From positions 10,487 to 74,486 of the forward strand of contig CAWJEP010000001.1 of NCBI GenBank assembly GCA_963841935.1: a DNA stretch of 64,000 bases. The letters are read 5' to 3'. This document shows, one piece after another, positions 17,795 to 27,822 of the stretch. The stretch comes from an uncultured bacterium. Lineage in GTDB: Bacteria; Patescibacteriota; Minisyncoccia; Phycocordibacterales; UBA6065. How positions within the stretch are numbered: the stretch's first letter is position 1; each line of letters starts with the position of its first letter. A program made the translations under genes and the position numbers. A model generated the notes under the pieces. The model saw only the letters and a list, made by a program, of their open reading frames with translations. It did not search any database and was not told the origin of the DNA.

Positions 17795-19470
17795 ACAAGT
17801 TTCAAAATTCTAACACGGAGTTCCGTCCTGTTTCCAAATGTCGATTTTTCCAAATTGCCGACGAAAGTTATCTTGTCGCCCTCTTTTATTTTTCGGATTT
17901 CCTCGTCGGCGAAAAATTGTATGGCTTTTACCGTGCCGTTTCCCGCCTCTCCGGCAGTAGGGCCCTTTTTGAAAAGAACCTCAAAATGATTTTTTTCTTT
18001 GCCGAAAGTTTTCGCCGAAGAAATTGAGACCCCACGGAAAAGAAACGCCGGCTTTGGATTGCCCATACCGTACGGTGAGAGTTTTGAAAGCGCGGCATAT
18101 AAAGAAACCGAAACATCGTCGGCGGAAAGTTCCGCGTCGTATATATCCGCCGGAGAGGTTTTTTCGACCGGCGGCAAATTGCCGAGAGCGACTTCCAATT
18201 CTTTTTCCAAATTGAAAACGGCTTCATTTGAAATGCTGAATCCGCCGGAAAACGCGTGGCCGCCGAATTCCATAAACACTCCCGGGCGCGCGGCGCGCAT
18301 AAGTTCGATGAGATTTACTCCGCCACCCGAACGAGCGGAACCTTTTATCACATTGTCCCCGTCCCTGCCCCAAAGAAAAACCGGGCAGGAAAATTCTCCG
18401 GCGAAAGTGTTCGCGGCAAGCCCCAAAAGCGACGGTCGCCAATTTGGATTGCCTAAAACGATGATTCTTCTCGAGGTCGCGTCCCTTTCGCCTACGATTT
18501 TTTTGATTTCTTTGACTAGAGCGGCAACGGTACCTTTGCGTTCATTGTTCACGTGTTCAAGTCGCGCGGCGAGTTTTTCAATCTCATCGCCCTCCTTCGC
18601 GGATAACAGATTGAAGGCGTCGAGAGGCGTGCCCATACGCGAGGCGGCGTTGATTCTCGGGGTAATGGAAAATCCTATGTCGTCTTCGCTTAAATTTTTC
18701 TTTTCCAAGCGCAAAACATTTATCAAGGCACCGAGTCCCGGTCTCTGGGTTTTTCTCATAACCACAAGCCCGTAGTGGGCGAAAACCCTGTTCTCGCCGA
18801 CAAGGGGCACCATATCGGAAAGAGTGGCTATGCCGACCATGTCGAGGAGCCATTTTTCCCAGCCGACGGGAACATTGAATTCCTCGCCGTGTTTTTTTAT
18901 AAACGCTTGCACAACTTTGAAAAAAATCGCCGAGCCGCATAGATTTTTTTCCGGATACGCGCACCCATCCTGTTTGGTATCGATGACGGCAAAAGCTCCG
19001 CTCAATTTTCCGTGAGTTTCGTGGTGGTCGGTAATAATGACGTCAATATTTTTGGACTTGGCGTAGGAAATTTCTTTGGCATCGGCAATGCCGCAGTCAA
19101 TGGTGAGCAAAACTTTCGCTCCGCGCTCGGCTATTTCGTCTATGGCGCCCTCATTTAGGCCGAAACCTTCATCGTGGCGATGCGGAATGTATATTTCAAA
19201 ATTTTTATGGCCGACTTTTTCCAAAAAATCCTTTGCTATGACCGCGCCTGGAATGCCGTCGGCGTCGTAATCGGAAAAAATCGCGATTCGCTCGCCTCCT
19301 TTCACCGCGCGATACAACCTCTCTATTGTTTTTTCCATCCCTTTCAAAAGAAAAGGGTCGTGGGTGTGAAGTTCGTAATCCGGATTTAAGAATTTTTCCC
19401 TTTCTTCGCGCGTTTTTATTCCTCTTTTTTCGAGAAGTAAATCAACGAGACCCTGCACGTCAGTTGCCAT
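17791..19470 (-). CDS. recJ: single-stranded-DNA-specific exonuclease RecJ
   Basis: The 559-aa product has DHH motifs (DYDADGI, ITDHH) plus DHHA1. Confidence 0.9.
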   Translation of the reverse strand: MATDVQGLVDLLLEKRGIKTREEREKFLNPDYELHTHDPFLLKGMEKTIERLYRAVKGGERIAIFSDYDADGIPGAVIAKDFLEKVGHKNFEIYIPHRHDEGFGLNEGAIDEIAERGAKVLLTIDCGIADAKEISYAKSKNIDVIITDHHETHGKLSGAFAVIDTKQDGCAYPEKNLCGSAIFFKVVQAFIKKHGEEFNVPVGWEKWLLDMVGIATLSDMVPLVGENRVFAHYGLVVMRKTQRPGLGALINVLRLEKKNLSEDDIGFSITPRINAASRMGTPLDAFNLLSAKEGDEIEKLAARLEHVNNERKGTVAALVKEIKKIVGERDATSRRIIVLGNPNWRPSLLGLAANTFAGEFSCPVFLWGRDGDNVIKGSARSGGGVNLIELMRAARPGVFMEFGGHAFSGGFSISNEAVFNLEKELEVALGNLPPVEKTSPADIYDAELSADDVSVSLYAALSKLSPYGMGNPKPAFLFRGVSISSAKTFGKEKNHFEVLFKKGPTAGEAGNGTVKAIQFFADEEIRKIKEGDKITFVGNLEKSTFGNRTELRVRILKLV

Positions 19471-19477
19471 ACATATT

Positions 19478-20194
19478 CTACGAGCCCAGCGCTGTTTTTA
19501 TCGCCGTTTCAATGTTCGTGGTCGGTTCGGCGCCTACCAAAAGCTGTTTACCTATAATCATGGCTGGTGTGCCGTTGACGCCAAAAGAAGCGCCTTCGGT
19601 TTTATCGGCCACGATTTCATTTTCATATGCCGTTGCCTGCGAAGTCATGAGAGATGACACCTGCGTCGCGTCAGAGGCGCCGAGGACTTGCGTGGTGATG
19701 GACATGATTTTTGCCTGTGTCGCCCAGCCGGAATTTTCTTCTCCTTGATTGTCGAAAATCGCTTTGTGCCAAGCGTAGAATTGGCTTGGCGCGACCGCCC
19801 AGACCGCGCGGGCGGCGATGGAAAGAGTTTCGGAATCATTACCAAGGAACGGAAAATCCTTGAAAACTATTTTTACTTTTCCCGTGTCGACGTAATCCTT
19901 GATAATTTGTGGCAAAGCTGTCTCTTCGTCCTGCTTGCAGAAAGGACATTGATAATCAAACCAATAAGCGATAGTTACCGGCGCGCTGGCGTCTCCGATG
20001 AACGGTTCGCCGCCGGTTTTCACGTTGCTTATGTCGACGGCTTGAGCGGACGGGTTGGCTATGTTTTGCGCTGGCGCGGTCGGCGAACCGGACGACCCGG
20101 GATGAAGAGCCCAGACGATGGCTAAGGCAATGATAATGGCGCCGAGAAGAATAGCCGCGGGAACGGTGAAAGCGTTTTTTTGTTCTGTATTCAT
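19478..20194 (-). CDS. DsbA-family thiol:disulfide oxidoreductase, membrane anchored
   Basis: The product has an N-terminal TM helix, a CPFC active site and a thioredoxin fold. Confidence 0.8.
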   Translation of the reverse strand: MNTEQKNAFTVPAAILLGAIIIALAIVWALHPGSSGSPTAPAQNIANPSAQAVDISNVKTGGEPFIGDASAPVTIAYWFDYQCPFCKQDEETALPQIIKDYVDTGKVKIVFKDFPFLGNDSETLSIAARAVWAVAPSQFYAWHKAIFDNQGEENSGWATQAKIMSITTQVLGASDATQVSSLMTSQATAYENEIVADKTEGASFGVNGTPAMIIGKQLLVGAEPTTNIETAIKTALGS

Positions 20195-20223
20195 GCTTAC
20201 ATTCTATTTGTTATAATCAGCCG

Positions 20224-20586
20224 ATGCAAGATTGCGTTTTCTGCAAAATCGTAGCGGGAAAAATACCTTCGGAAAAAATTTACGAGGACAAAGATTTCCT
20301 GGCGTTTATAGATGTGAACCCTCTTTCTCCCGGCCACGCCCTGGTCATTCCGAAAAAACATTATGCGTGGGTCTGGGACGTGCCGAACGCCGGCGATTTT
20401 TTTGAAGTCGCCAAAAAAATCGCCTTGGCGCAGAAAAAAGCTTTTGAAACGGATTTTGTTCTATCGAAAATCGTCGGCGAAGATGTGCCTCACGCCCACA
20501 TTTGGGTTTATCCGGATAAAAACGTTAAAGGCGACAAAAAAGATTTCTCTGGTAACGCAGAAAAGATAAGAAAGTTTTTGAAATAA
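20224..20586 (+). CDS. HIT-family (histidine triad) nucleotide hydrolase
   Basis: CVFCKI...PGHALVIPKKH...HAHIWVYP, carrying the HxHxHxx motif. Confidence 0.85.
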   Translation: MQDCVFCKIVAGKIPSEKIYEDKDFLAFIDVNPLSPGHALVIPKKHYAWVWDVPNAGDFFEVAKKIALAQKKAFETDFVLSKIVGEDVPHAHIWVYPDKNVKGDKKDFSGNAEKIRKFLK

Positions 20587-20620
20587 AAAAGCGGCGCGGG
20601 TTTGGATAACCCGCGCCGCT
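20585..20620. terminator. GC hairpin terminator (strongest for minus-strand gene 20629-21009)
   Basis: The hairpin gcggcgcgggtt tgga taacccgcgccgc is preceded by aaaaaa. Confidence 0.5.
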
Positions 20621-20628
20621 GAGTACTG

Positions 20629-21009
20629 CTATTTGCCGCTGCCGGCAAGAACCACGCGCGTATCGAGGTCGAACGTGCCGTCCTTCGCGATATACGCTCT
20701 GGGCTGAAGCTTCTCGAGTCCTTGAGGAAGCTCCACGAATCTGACATTGTCGGTATTAACCTCGCGAATGACGGCGTATGTTCCCGCCGTCCCTTCGTTT
20801 GTGACGTACCCGACTGTATAAACGTGGCCGTCGGAGATCTGGTCTCGCAGTGAGCTACTCGTCCCGCTACCGCCAATCGTTCCCGAGAAAAGCAGGAATG
20901 TGCCCCCAAAGAAGAGGGCTAGTGGCGATAGAAAAGGCCGTCTCTCTGAGCAAACTCGAGACAAAACAAGGAGTAACACGCCGCAAACAAACAAAGAAGA
21001 CATAAACAT
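20629..21009 (-). CDS. hypothetical small secreted/membrane protein
   Basis: The 126-aa product has a hydrophobic N-terminus. No family assignment. Confidence 0.4.
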   Translation of the reverse strand: MFMSSLFVCGVLLLVLSRVCSERRPFLSPLALFFGGTFLLFSGTIGGSGTSSSLRDQISDGHVYTVGYVTNEGTAGTYAVIREVNTDNVRFVELPQGLEKLQPRAYIAKDGTFDLDTRVVLAGSGK

Positions 21010-21116
21010 TTTTTCCTTTCTCCGCGCGAATGAAGCTTTTGCTTCGGTTTAGGTCCGCACGGTGACCTCCTTTCAAAAAACTACTGATTAGGACTCTACA
21101 CAAATATAGAAACTTG

Positions 21117-22247
21117 TCAAGACTTCAACGCGTCGATCCCCGGCAAGGTGCCGTTCGCCAAAAATTCAATCATCGCGCCGCCGCCGGTCGAAGTAAAAGT
21201 AAATTTGTCGAGCATTCCGGCTTTTGAAACGACGGCGACCGTGTCTCCACCGCCGACGATGGAGCGCGCGCCAGAATCAATGACAGCTTGTCCGAAATCG
21301 ACCGTGCTTTGAGAGAAACCTTTTTCGTAATCGCCGAAAGGTCCGTTCCAAAGAACGAATTTCATTTCTTGGAGAAGGTCAGCAAGCTCGGCGGAGGTTC
21401 TCGGACCGGCGTCGACGATAACATCGGCCGGAGCCACATCTTTTGCCATGCGATCGCCAGAGTCATAAGCGTTTTGAACGATGACATCGGAGGGTATGAT
21501 GAGTTTCGGACTATTGGCAACGCGACGGAGGTTCACATAAACTTTGGAAATTTTCGAGCGACCGACTTCATAGCCTTTTTCTTTAAAAATGTCGTTCGCA
21601 AGCGCTCCGCCGACGAAAATATAGTCGGCGATGTCCAAGAATTTCTCGATGAGAGGAAGTTTTGTCTCGAATTTCGCTCCGGCAAGCGCCAAAAGAAACG
21701 GTCGCGAGGGATTGAAAGCTTCGGAAAGAGCCGCGACTTCTTTTTGGAGCAAAAGTCCGGCGTAGCAAGGTATAAGGCGCGGCACGCCAACGATGGAGGC
21801 GTGGGAGCGATGAGAAACAGAGAAAGCATCGTTGACATAAATGTCGGCCAAAGCCGCCAGAGATTTGGAAAAGTCGAGATTGTTTTCCTCTTCGCCCTTA
21901 TTTCTCCTAACATTTTCGAGCATTATGACATCTCCGGCTTTCATCGCGGCGACGGCTTTCGGCGCCGACAAAATATCAGGAACGAAAGCGGAAATAGTGT
22001 AAAAACTGTTCAAATATTTGGACACGGGGAGAAGCGTGGCGTCGGCGCTATCGTCAATGTGGCTTATGATAATCGTTTTGGCTTTTTTTTCTTTGAGATA
22101 CGCGATCGTCGGCAGAATTCTTTTGATGCGAAAGTCGTCGCGCACGCCGCCGGCGACTATCGGTACATTTAAATCCAGGCGCAGAAGGACTTTTTTGCCT
22201 TCGAGGTCTTTTATATCCTGCAGTTTTTTAAACGAAACGTCAGGCAT
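21117..22247 (-). CDS. pgk: phosphoglycerate kinase
   Basis: The 376-aa product has LLRLDLNVP, ISHIDD and GGGAMIEFL. Confidence 0.95.
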   Translation of the reverse strand: MPDVSFKKLQDIKDLEGKKVLLRLDLNVPIVAGGVRDDFRIKRILPTIAYLKEKKAKTIIISHIDDSADATLLPVSKYLNSFYTISAFVPDILSAPKAVAAMKAGDVIMLENVRRNKGEEENNLDFSKSLAALADIYVNDAFSVSHRSHASIVGVPRLIPCYAGLLLQKEVAALSEAFNPSRPFLLALAGAKFETKLPLIEKFLDIADYIFVGGALANDIFKEKGYEVGRSKISKVYVNLRRVANSPKLIIPSDVIVQNAYDSGDRMAKDVAPADVIVDAGPRTSAELADLLQEMKFVLWNGPFGDYEKGFSQSTVDFGQAVIDSGARSIVGGGDTVAVVSKAGMLDKFTFTSTGGGAMIEFLANGTLPGIDALKS

Positions 22248-22986
22248 TTGCCAGTTTGATTATCTCGGCGAAACGCTTGGGGTCGAGAGATTGGCGACCG
22301 ACCAAAAGTCCGTTTATGCCGCCCTTCAAAAGCATTTCTTTGGCATTTGCGGCGTCGACCGAGCCTCCGTAAAGCACCGGAATTCTCATTGCTTTTTCCT
22401 TCGGCAAAAATTGCGCGCAGGTTTTCTTTATGAAAATCGCCATGGCCCGCATCTCCTCCGGAGACAAAGCCTTGTCATAACTGCCCCCGACGGCCCAGAC
22501 TGGCTCATAAGCTACGATGAATTTTGGAATTTTATTTTTCGCCACAGCTTTCATGACCACGGAAAGTTCTCTGGCTATATCGGAAAAATAATCTCCATCT
22601 TGATCGCGTTTTTTTTCGCCGACGCAGAGGATAGGCACGAGTTTGGCTTCAAGGGCGCGGACGAATTTCTCGGCGACAACCTCGTCCGTGTCGCCCGCGG
22701 CTCTTCGCTCGCTGTGACCGACGATGGCGAAATCCGCGCCCGCGGATTTCGCCATTTTCGCGCTCACTTCTCCAGTGTGCGCGCCGGAAAGATGGACGGA
22801 GACGTCTTGGGCCGCGAAAAAAAGCGAACTTTTTTTCGCGGCCAGTATTGGCAAGAAAACTGCGGGCGGAGCAATGATGACTTTTGCGCCGCGCGCGCGG
22901 GCTACCGCGCGCGCGGCGCCCGTCGCTATCTCTTTCGCCTCTGAAAGCGTCATCGGATTCATTTTCCAATTACCAATGATAAACAT
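22240..22986 (-). CDS. tpiA: triosephosphate isomerase
   Basis: The motifs are GNWKMN, IVGHSERR and YEPVWAVG. Confidence 0.95.
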   Translation of the reverse strand: MFIIGNWKMNPMTLSEAKEIATGAARAVARARGAKVIIAPPAVFLPILAAKKSSLFFAAQDVSVHLSGAHTGEVSAKMAKSAGADFAIVGHSERRAAGDTDEVVAEKFVRALEAKLVPILCVGEKKRDQDGDYFSDIARELSVVMKAVAKNKIPKFIVAYEPVWAVGGSYDKALSPEEMRAMAIFIKKTCAQFLPKEKAMRIPVLYGGSVDAANAKEMLLKGGINGLLVGRQSLDPKRFAEIIKLANA

Positions 22987-23061
22987 GGACTTTTATTATA
23001 TCCTTATCCACATCAACTTGCATCGGGAGGGAGCTTTTTTGCTATACTTGAGCCAAAGATT

Positions 23062-23979
23062 ATGTCTAGCCACAAGAATACAAAAATAATATCCTGTCTT
23101 TTGACCGCGGCCGCCGTGTTTATGTTTGCCGGAGCGGCAAATGTTTTCGCTCAGACCGCTCTGCCTTCCGGCGCGGCGCCGGCGGCCAATCCGACCCTGT
23201 CATCTAGCCCGACAGTATCGACCGGGCCGACGGTAAGCCCGACTCCCTCGAGCGTAGCGCAATTGTCCAATTCTTCTTTGTCGAGCGGCGTGACGACGGC
23301 CCAAGGATCCAAGCCGACGGGAAACGTTAGCACGGGCGTTACCAACTCCGGCGTGACGGCGCCGAGCGGTAATTCAAACGTGACGACGAACCTCAACCCA
23401 CCCACGATAATCACGTCGTCCGGCAACACGGTAATAAACCCAACAACCGGCAAAGTCCAAAACGCCGCGCCGTCGGCAACGACAAACGGAAACGTGCTTT
23501 CCTCGCTTTCAGCCGGCGGAAGCGCCGTGACAAACACCGCGGGAAGCGTCACGAACGCGACTGGAGCCATCATCAATCCCATAACACCCCCGCAAAATCA
23601 GACTGTCTCGCAAGCGGCGACGCAACTCGGAAACAACGTCTTGCTTCTAGAAGAAAAATTGAACGGTGCCATATTCAAACTTGACGGCGCGCAAGCTAAA
23701 ATCATAGCCCGCGCGAACGCTCTCAGTTCCACGTCGTCAATTTCCGCGAAACTTTCCTCGGCGGACCAAGCGCTGACGATAGCGGCGCAAAAAGTTTCGG
23801 CCATACAGCAGATTTCCATACCGGCGACAAATCCCTTGTCCTCTTTGACGGCCCTTGAAGCGGCGGACACGGCGGCACGAGCGGCGATCGAGAACGCGGA
23901 GCAAGCTCTCGATAATGTCCTCATTTTGGTCGAAAAAGCCGAAGGTAGCCAGCTCATGAGTACGACGACCTTGCAGTAA
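23062..23979 (+). CDS. secreted Ser/Thr/Asn-rich low-complexity protein (hypothetical)
   Basis: It has a signal peptide, a long ST-rich region and a C-terminal Ala-rich helical segment. Confidence 0.5.
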   Translation: MSSHKNTKIISCLLTAAAVFMFAGAANVFAQTALPSGAAPAANPTLSSSPTVSTGPTVSPTPSSVAQLSNSSLSSGVTTAQGSKPTGNVSTGVTNSGVTAPSGNSNVTTNLNPPTIITSSGNTVINPTTGKVQNAAPSATTNGNVLSSLSAGGSAVTNTAGSVTNATGAIINPITPPQNQTVSQAATQLGNNVLLLEEKLNGAIFKLDGAQAKIIARANALSSTSSISAKLSSADQALTIAAQKVSAIQQISIPATNPLSSLTALEAADTAARAAIENAEQALDNVLILVEKAEGSQLMSTTTLQ

Positions 23980-23991
23980 TTTTTAAAACTT

Positions 23992-24258
23992 ATGGACCCA
24001 ATGAACATAATGCCGCAAAAAAAATCCCACGCCGAACTCATAACAATAATCGTTGTCGTTGTGATTATCGCGAGTGTCGGATTTTATTTCTGGGAAACAC
24101 TTCCGCGCCAATCTTCCGCGATTCCGCCCGCGAACACCGTGGTTCCGTTACCTCAAGTACAAGCGCTTCTAAATGGAACAACCACCGCGGAACAAGACCT
24201 GTCCACGGACGTCTTGAACGGCACGAACGTCGACCTGACTTCCGGAATCAGCCAGTAA
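23992..24258 (+). CDS. small single-TM protein with a G-x-YFW motif (hypothetical)
   Basis: The TM helix is ITIIVVVVIIASVGFYFWETLP. Confidence 0.4.
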   Translation: MDPMNIMPQKKSHAELITIIVVVVIIASVGFYFWETLPRQSSAIPPANTVVPLPQVQALLNGTTTAEQDLSTDVLNGTNVDLTSGISQ

Positions 24259-24259
24259 A

Positions 24260-26320
24260 TTATTTATTCTCCAAAGCTTGAACCTCGGCTTTTAGCGAGT
24301 CTATTTCCGTTTGCTGTTCCTTTACCGCTTCTATTAGAGGCGCGACGAGATTTTGATATTCCACGGATTCAAGTCCGGTTTTGGGGTCTGTCTCCACCAA
24401 GTCCGGGAAAACTTTCTGCACGTTTTGAGCGATTAGACCTACCGACGGCTCGCCGTTGGCTATCCAATTGAACGTCACGCCGTTTAATTGTTCGATTTTT
24501 GAAATGGCGTCCGTAATCGGCTCTATGTTTTCCTTCAACCTTTCGTCCGAACCTTGAGACCATGTGCCCCAATACGTACCGTTGCCATAGAGACGGAATA
24601 TTCCCCCGCCGTTCGCTCCCGTATGCGCGCCGATGTCTACTTCGTTGTCTACTTGAAGAAGTCCGGAACAATTGCCGCAACCGCTCGTCGAGCCTTGAAT
24701 CCAAGTATATCCGTCAAGATACGTGGTAACGCCCGGCGTTACCAAAAACTGCAAGCTCGTAACGGCGAACTCTCCATCCGATTCCCCGCCGCCGCGTAGC
24801 CACGTGTAACCGGGCAAGTATAGCGAAGTCGAATTGTTCGGAGAATAAATAGTCCAGTTGCCTTGATTATTCAAAAGTCCGAACTCGCTCCCGTCCGCGT
24901 ATATGTAACCGCCACTTCCTCCGCCGTAAAGAACGTGAATGTTTCCGTTGACGGATAGAGATTGGTCCGGAGAAGCCGTGCCTATGCCGACAAAGCCGGG
25001 AAAATAAGTGTAGCCGCTCGTGCCGCCGTCGATTTCCAAATAACCGGCGGCGTCGCTATGAATACCGCCACGGGCTTGGAGTTGCGACTGAAAATATACC
25101 GTCCCACTATTGAAATACGCGCCACCGGGAACTATTATGTAGGACGAGGCCGAGATGTATGGGTTAGACGGATAGAAAGACATGTTGCCGTAAAACTCCG
25201 TCCCCGTTTGGTTGGCCGAAACATTGAGAGCCCAATTACCCTGATTGTTTAGAAGTCCGAAATTGCTTCCGTCGCTGTAAATATATCCCAAAACGCCGGA
25301 ATTATTGACCAAATCGATATTGCCGGCGACGGAAAGTTTTTGACCTGGACTCGCCGTGCCGATGCCTACGTTGTTGTAGACTTCCAATTCGAGAGGATAC
25401 GAGGTTATGCCTGTTTTGACTGCCTCGATGTGTCCGACGGAGCCGTCAAAAGATACTCCGACTCCCCCGGAAGTGCCGTCCCCGGGGTCGTAGGAGCCGC
25501 CGGCAAAAAGTCCCCTACCGGCCACGTCGAGTTGTGTGGAACTGCCCGGCACCACGTCCACGCCAACGCTGCCTCCGCTGTAATATATATTCGAACCGGA
25601 AGTCGTCCACTGACTACTCACGACGGAAGGCCAAGAGCTTATACAATTTCCCGCGAGACAAATCTCCGAACTCGCCCATAAATTTGCCAAGGCAAGTCCT
25701 TGTCCGCCGTAGACACTGCCGTTCGCGTCGCTTTCATAAAGCCATCCGTTAGAATAAAAATTGAGACATTGTGTGCCGCTCCCGCCGCAAATAACGCCAA
25801 GATTACCGTATCCGCCGGCGGTGGAATGAATAGCGTAATTTGAACTAAGGGCGCCAACGGTAACGGAGTTCGGCATTGACACGTTGTCCGTGCCATAAGG
25901 CACTTCCACCGCCCAGTTCGTGTTGCTACCAAGCAGTCCGAAACCGCCGGTGTCGCCGTACAAGACGCCCGAGCGCGTGGAACTATTAACAAAAGCATCT
26001 ATTCCGACACTTCCGCTGGAAGAATTTATTCTCTCAACATTGTTCCAATACGAACCCGTGACATCAAGCTTGTAAGACGGACTCGTGTTGCCTATACCAA
26101 CGTTTCCGTATTGGACGATGAGACCGTCTGCCGCGTTACCCGTGTTTAAAAGAAGACCTCCAGTCTTTGCTTGAGCCGTGCCGGAAATATTGAGAGGTGT
26201 GGAAGCGTTATTGCTCGGCGGAGTACCGGTCGGCCCAACCCATTGAGCGGATGCTATGACTGGAAATAAAAGAAAGAGGGAGATGCTAGCGAGGAGTATG
26301 AAGCGCTTTTGTGTGTTCAT
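24260..26320 (-). CDS. secreted tail-fibre-like repeat protein with C-terminal intramolecular-chaperone/autoprotease (peptidase S74-like) domain
   Basis: It has a signal peptide and repeated NVGIGT(A/S)SP..L.V.GNI motifs. The C-terminus reads SDERLKENIEPITDAISKIEQLNGVTFNW...GLIAQNVQKVFPDLV...LIEAVKEQQTEIDSLKAEVQALENK, typical of self-cleaving endosialidase/tail-spike chaperone domains. Confidence 0.7.
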   Translation of the reverse strand: MNTQKRFILLASISLFLLFPVIASAQWVGPTGTPPSNNASTPLNISGTAQAKTGGLLLNTGNAADGLIVQYGNVGIGNTSPSYKLDVTGSYWNNVERINSSSGSVGIDAFVNSSTRSGVLYGDTGGFGLLGSNTNWAVEVPYGTDNVSMPNSVTVGALSSNYAIHSTAGGYGNLGVICGGSGTQCLNFYSNGWLYESDANGSVYGGQGLALANLWASSEICLAGNCISSWPSVVSSQWTTSGSNIYYSGGSVGVDVVPGSSTQLDVAGRGLFAGGSYDPGDGTSGGVGVSFDGSVGHIEAVKTGITSYPLELEVYNNVGIGTASPGQKLSVAGNIDLVNNSGVLGYIYSDGSNFGLLNNQGNWALNVSANQTGTEFYGNMSFYPSNPYISASSYIIVPGGAYFNSGTVYFQSQLQARGGIHSDAAGYLEIDGGTSGYTYFPGFVGIGTASPDQSLSVNGNIHVLYGGGSGGYIYADGSEFGLLNNQGNWTIYSPNNSTSLYLPGYTWLRGGGESDGEFAVTSLQFLVTPGVTTYLDGYTWIQGSTSGCGNCSGLLQVDNEVDIGAHTGANGGGIFRLYGNGTYWGTWSQGSDERLKENIEPITDAISKIEQLNGVTFNWIANGEPSVGLIAQNVQKVFPDLVETDPKTGLESVEYQNLVAPLIEAVKEQQTEIDSLKAEVQALENK

Positions 26321-26341
26321 ATTGGTATCATAATAATACTA

Positions 26342-26602
26342 CTATTTCGCCTGAAGTGAGTCGAGAATGTTCTGTTCGCTTGAACTTGAGGTCGTCTTTT
26401 GCGGCGCAGACGTGGCGTTCAGACTGTAGAGAGCGCGTTTCTGCGCCGGCGTAACTCCCTTGAAAAAATTCGGTTGCGCCGACAGATTCTCTAGGGTTGT
26501 CTTTGTGATTTGCGATTGGTTTGAAATAAGAAAGTAGCTGACAACAAAATAAATGATACCGGCAAGAGCGAGAACAATGATTGCTACAAGTATTTTTTTC
26601 AT
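26342..26602 (-). CDS. small single-TM protein (hypothetical)
   Basis: MKKILVAIIVLALAGIIYFVVSYF is the TM helix, followed by an ST-rich tail. Confidence 0.4.
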   Translation of the reverse strand: MKKILVAIIVLALAGIIYFVVSYFLISNQSQITKTTLENLSAQPNFFKGVTPAQKRALYSLNATSAPQKTTSSSSEQNILDSLQAK

Positions 26603-27801
26603 TATATTTCTTGAAATTGTGGATTAAACGTCGTTGGCGTGATGATTAGATTTTTTACCGAAGAACTGACGCCCGATGACGTGCCTTGGAGAGTGATGTT
26701 GCAGGGATTCGGACTCCCGGAGCAATATGAAGCGGTCAATGGTTCATTGATTTCCAATTGGAAAGTGAAGCTGCCGTTTGGACCGATGATTACCGGGCTT
26801 GGGTTCGCGGTGTAAGCGCCGCCGTTTACCGAGTAGAGCGCCGTGGTCGAAGCATTGGGCATCGTCGGATAACCGGAAATGGAAACCGTGACGTTGCCGC
26901 TAAATCCGCCGACGGGATTTACCGTTATGGTTTTTGTCTGCGACTGTGACCAGCCGGCGGGCAAGAAGCTTATTTTTATCGTGTCGTCTGGACCAAGAGA
27001 GAAACCCGGCGGCTGCGAGCCGACGGCGAACGAGACGTTTGACGATGCCACGGTGTTGCCGCCGGACGTGCAGGTTATATTGAAAGCGTAAGAACCGGTG
27101 GTAAGTCCTTGGGTTGCCGTCGAGCCGGACGAAGTGATGCCCGTCACGGTGGTAAACTGCGTGGCGCCCGAAGAAGTTTTCGAAAGCGTGCACGTGGCTC
27201 CGGAAAGATTTACCAGAGTGTAGACAAGATTCACGACCGTACCGTAAGGCACATTATTGTTGTTGGCGACCGATGTCCCGAGTGGAGATTGGGCGTCGAG
27301 GCCGACGCTCGAAGAAAGTTGCACGCCGTTCGTCCCGGCCGCGTTGAAACTTACCCAGCCGAGAAGGCCGCTGTCCCAAGCGTAGCCGTCGAAAAAAGAA
27401 CCCGAAAGCGTGACGCCGTAATTCGTGCCGGAAAGAGAAATCCAGCCGTCCCAACCGTTTCCGTCGGCGGAAACGGCCTTCGCCCAGCCGATGAGATTTG
27501 TGCCGCTCATCTGGGCGTTCTCCGCCGACGTTCCCGAGCCGCTGGGGAATCCGGAGAGACCGCCAAATTGTATCCAGCCCACGGAATCGGACCACGCGTA
27601 GCCCGTGAGTGTGCCGTCGTTGTTGTCCGTCACACCATAGTCCACGGCGCCGCAGGTGCTCGTGTTCGTGCAATTGAAACTAATCCACCCGGCATCATCG
27701 GACCACGCCCAACCAGCCATATTGTTTTCCGTTCCTGCGTGGGCAAACGCCGGTAGGATAAAAATAGAAACCGAAATTAAAAATAGTGCGAACCTCTTCA
27801 T
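26602..27801 (-). CDS. secreted protein with G(W/Y)AWSD..GWISF repeats and a C-terminal domain shared with the TSP1 protein
   Basis: It has a signal peptide and four or more GWAWSDDAGWISF-like repeats. The last 130 aa or so align with the C-terminus of 29728-31532 and end ...TPTTFNPQFQEI*. Confidence 0.6.
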   Translation of the reverse strand: MKRFALFLISVSIFILPAFAHAGTENNMAGWAWSDDAGWISFNCTNTSTCGAVDYGVTDNNDGTLTGYAWSDSVGWIQFGGLSGFPSGSGTSAENAQMSGTNLIGWAKAVSADGNGWDGWISLSGTNYGVTLSGSFFDGYAWDSGLLGWVSFNAAGTNGVQLSSSVGLDAQSPLGTSVANNNNVPYGTVVNLVYTLVNLSGATCTLSKTSSGATQFTTVTGITSSGSTATQGLTTGSYAFNITCTSGGNTVASSNVSFAVGSQPPGFSLGPDDTIKISFLPAGWSQSQTKTITVNPVGGFSGNVTVSISGYPTMPNASTTALYSVNGGAYTANPSPVIIGPNGSFTFQLEINEPLTASYCSGSPNPCNITLQGTSSGVSSSVKNLIITPTTFNPQFQEI

Positions 27802-27822
27802 CCTTCTAATAATATCATTATT

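Noticed and set aside
21288-22172. 294-aa plus ORF
   Set aside because: It is antisense to pgk.
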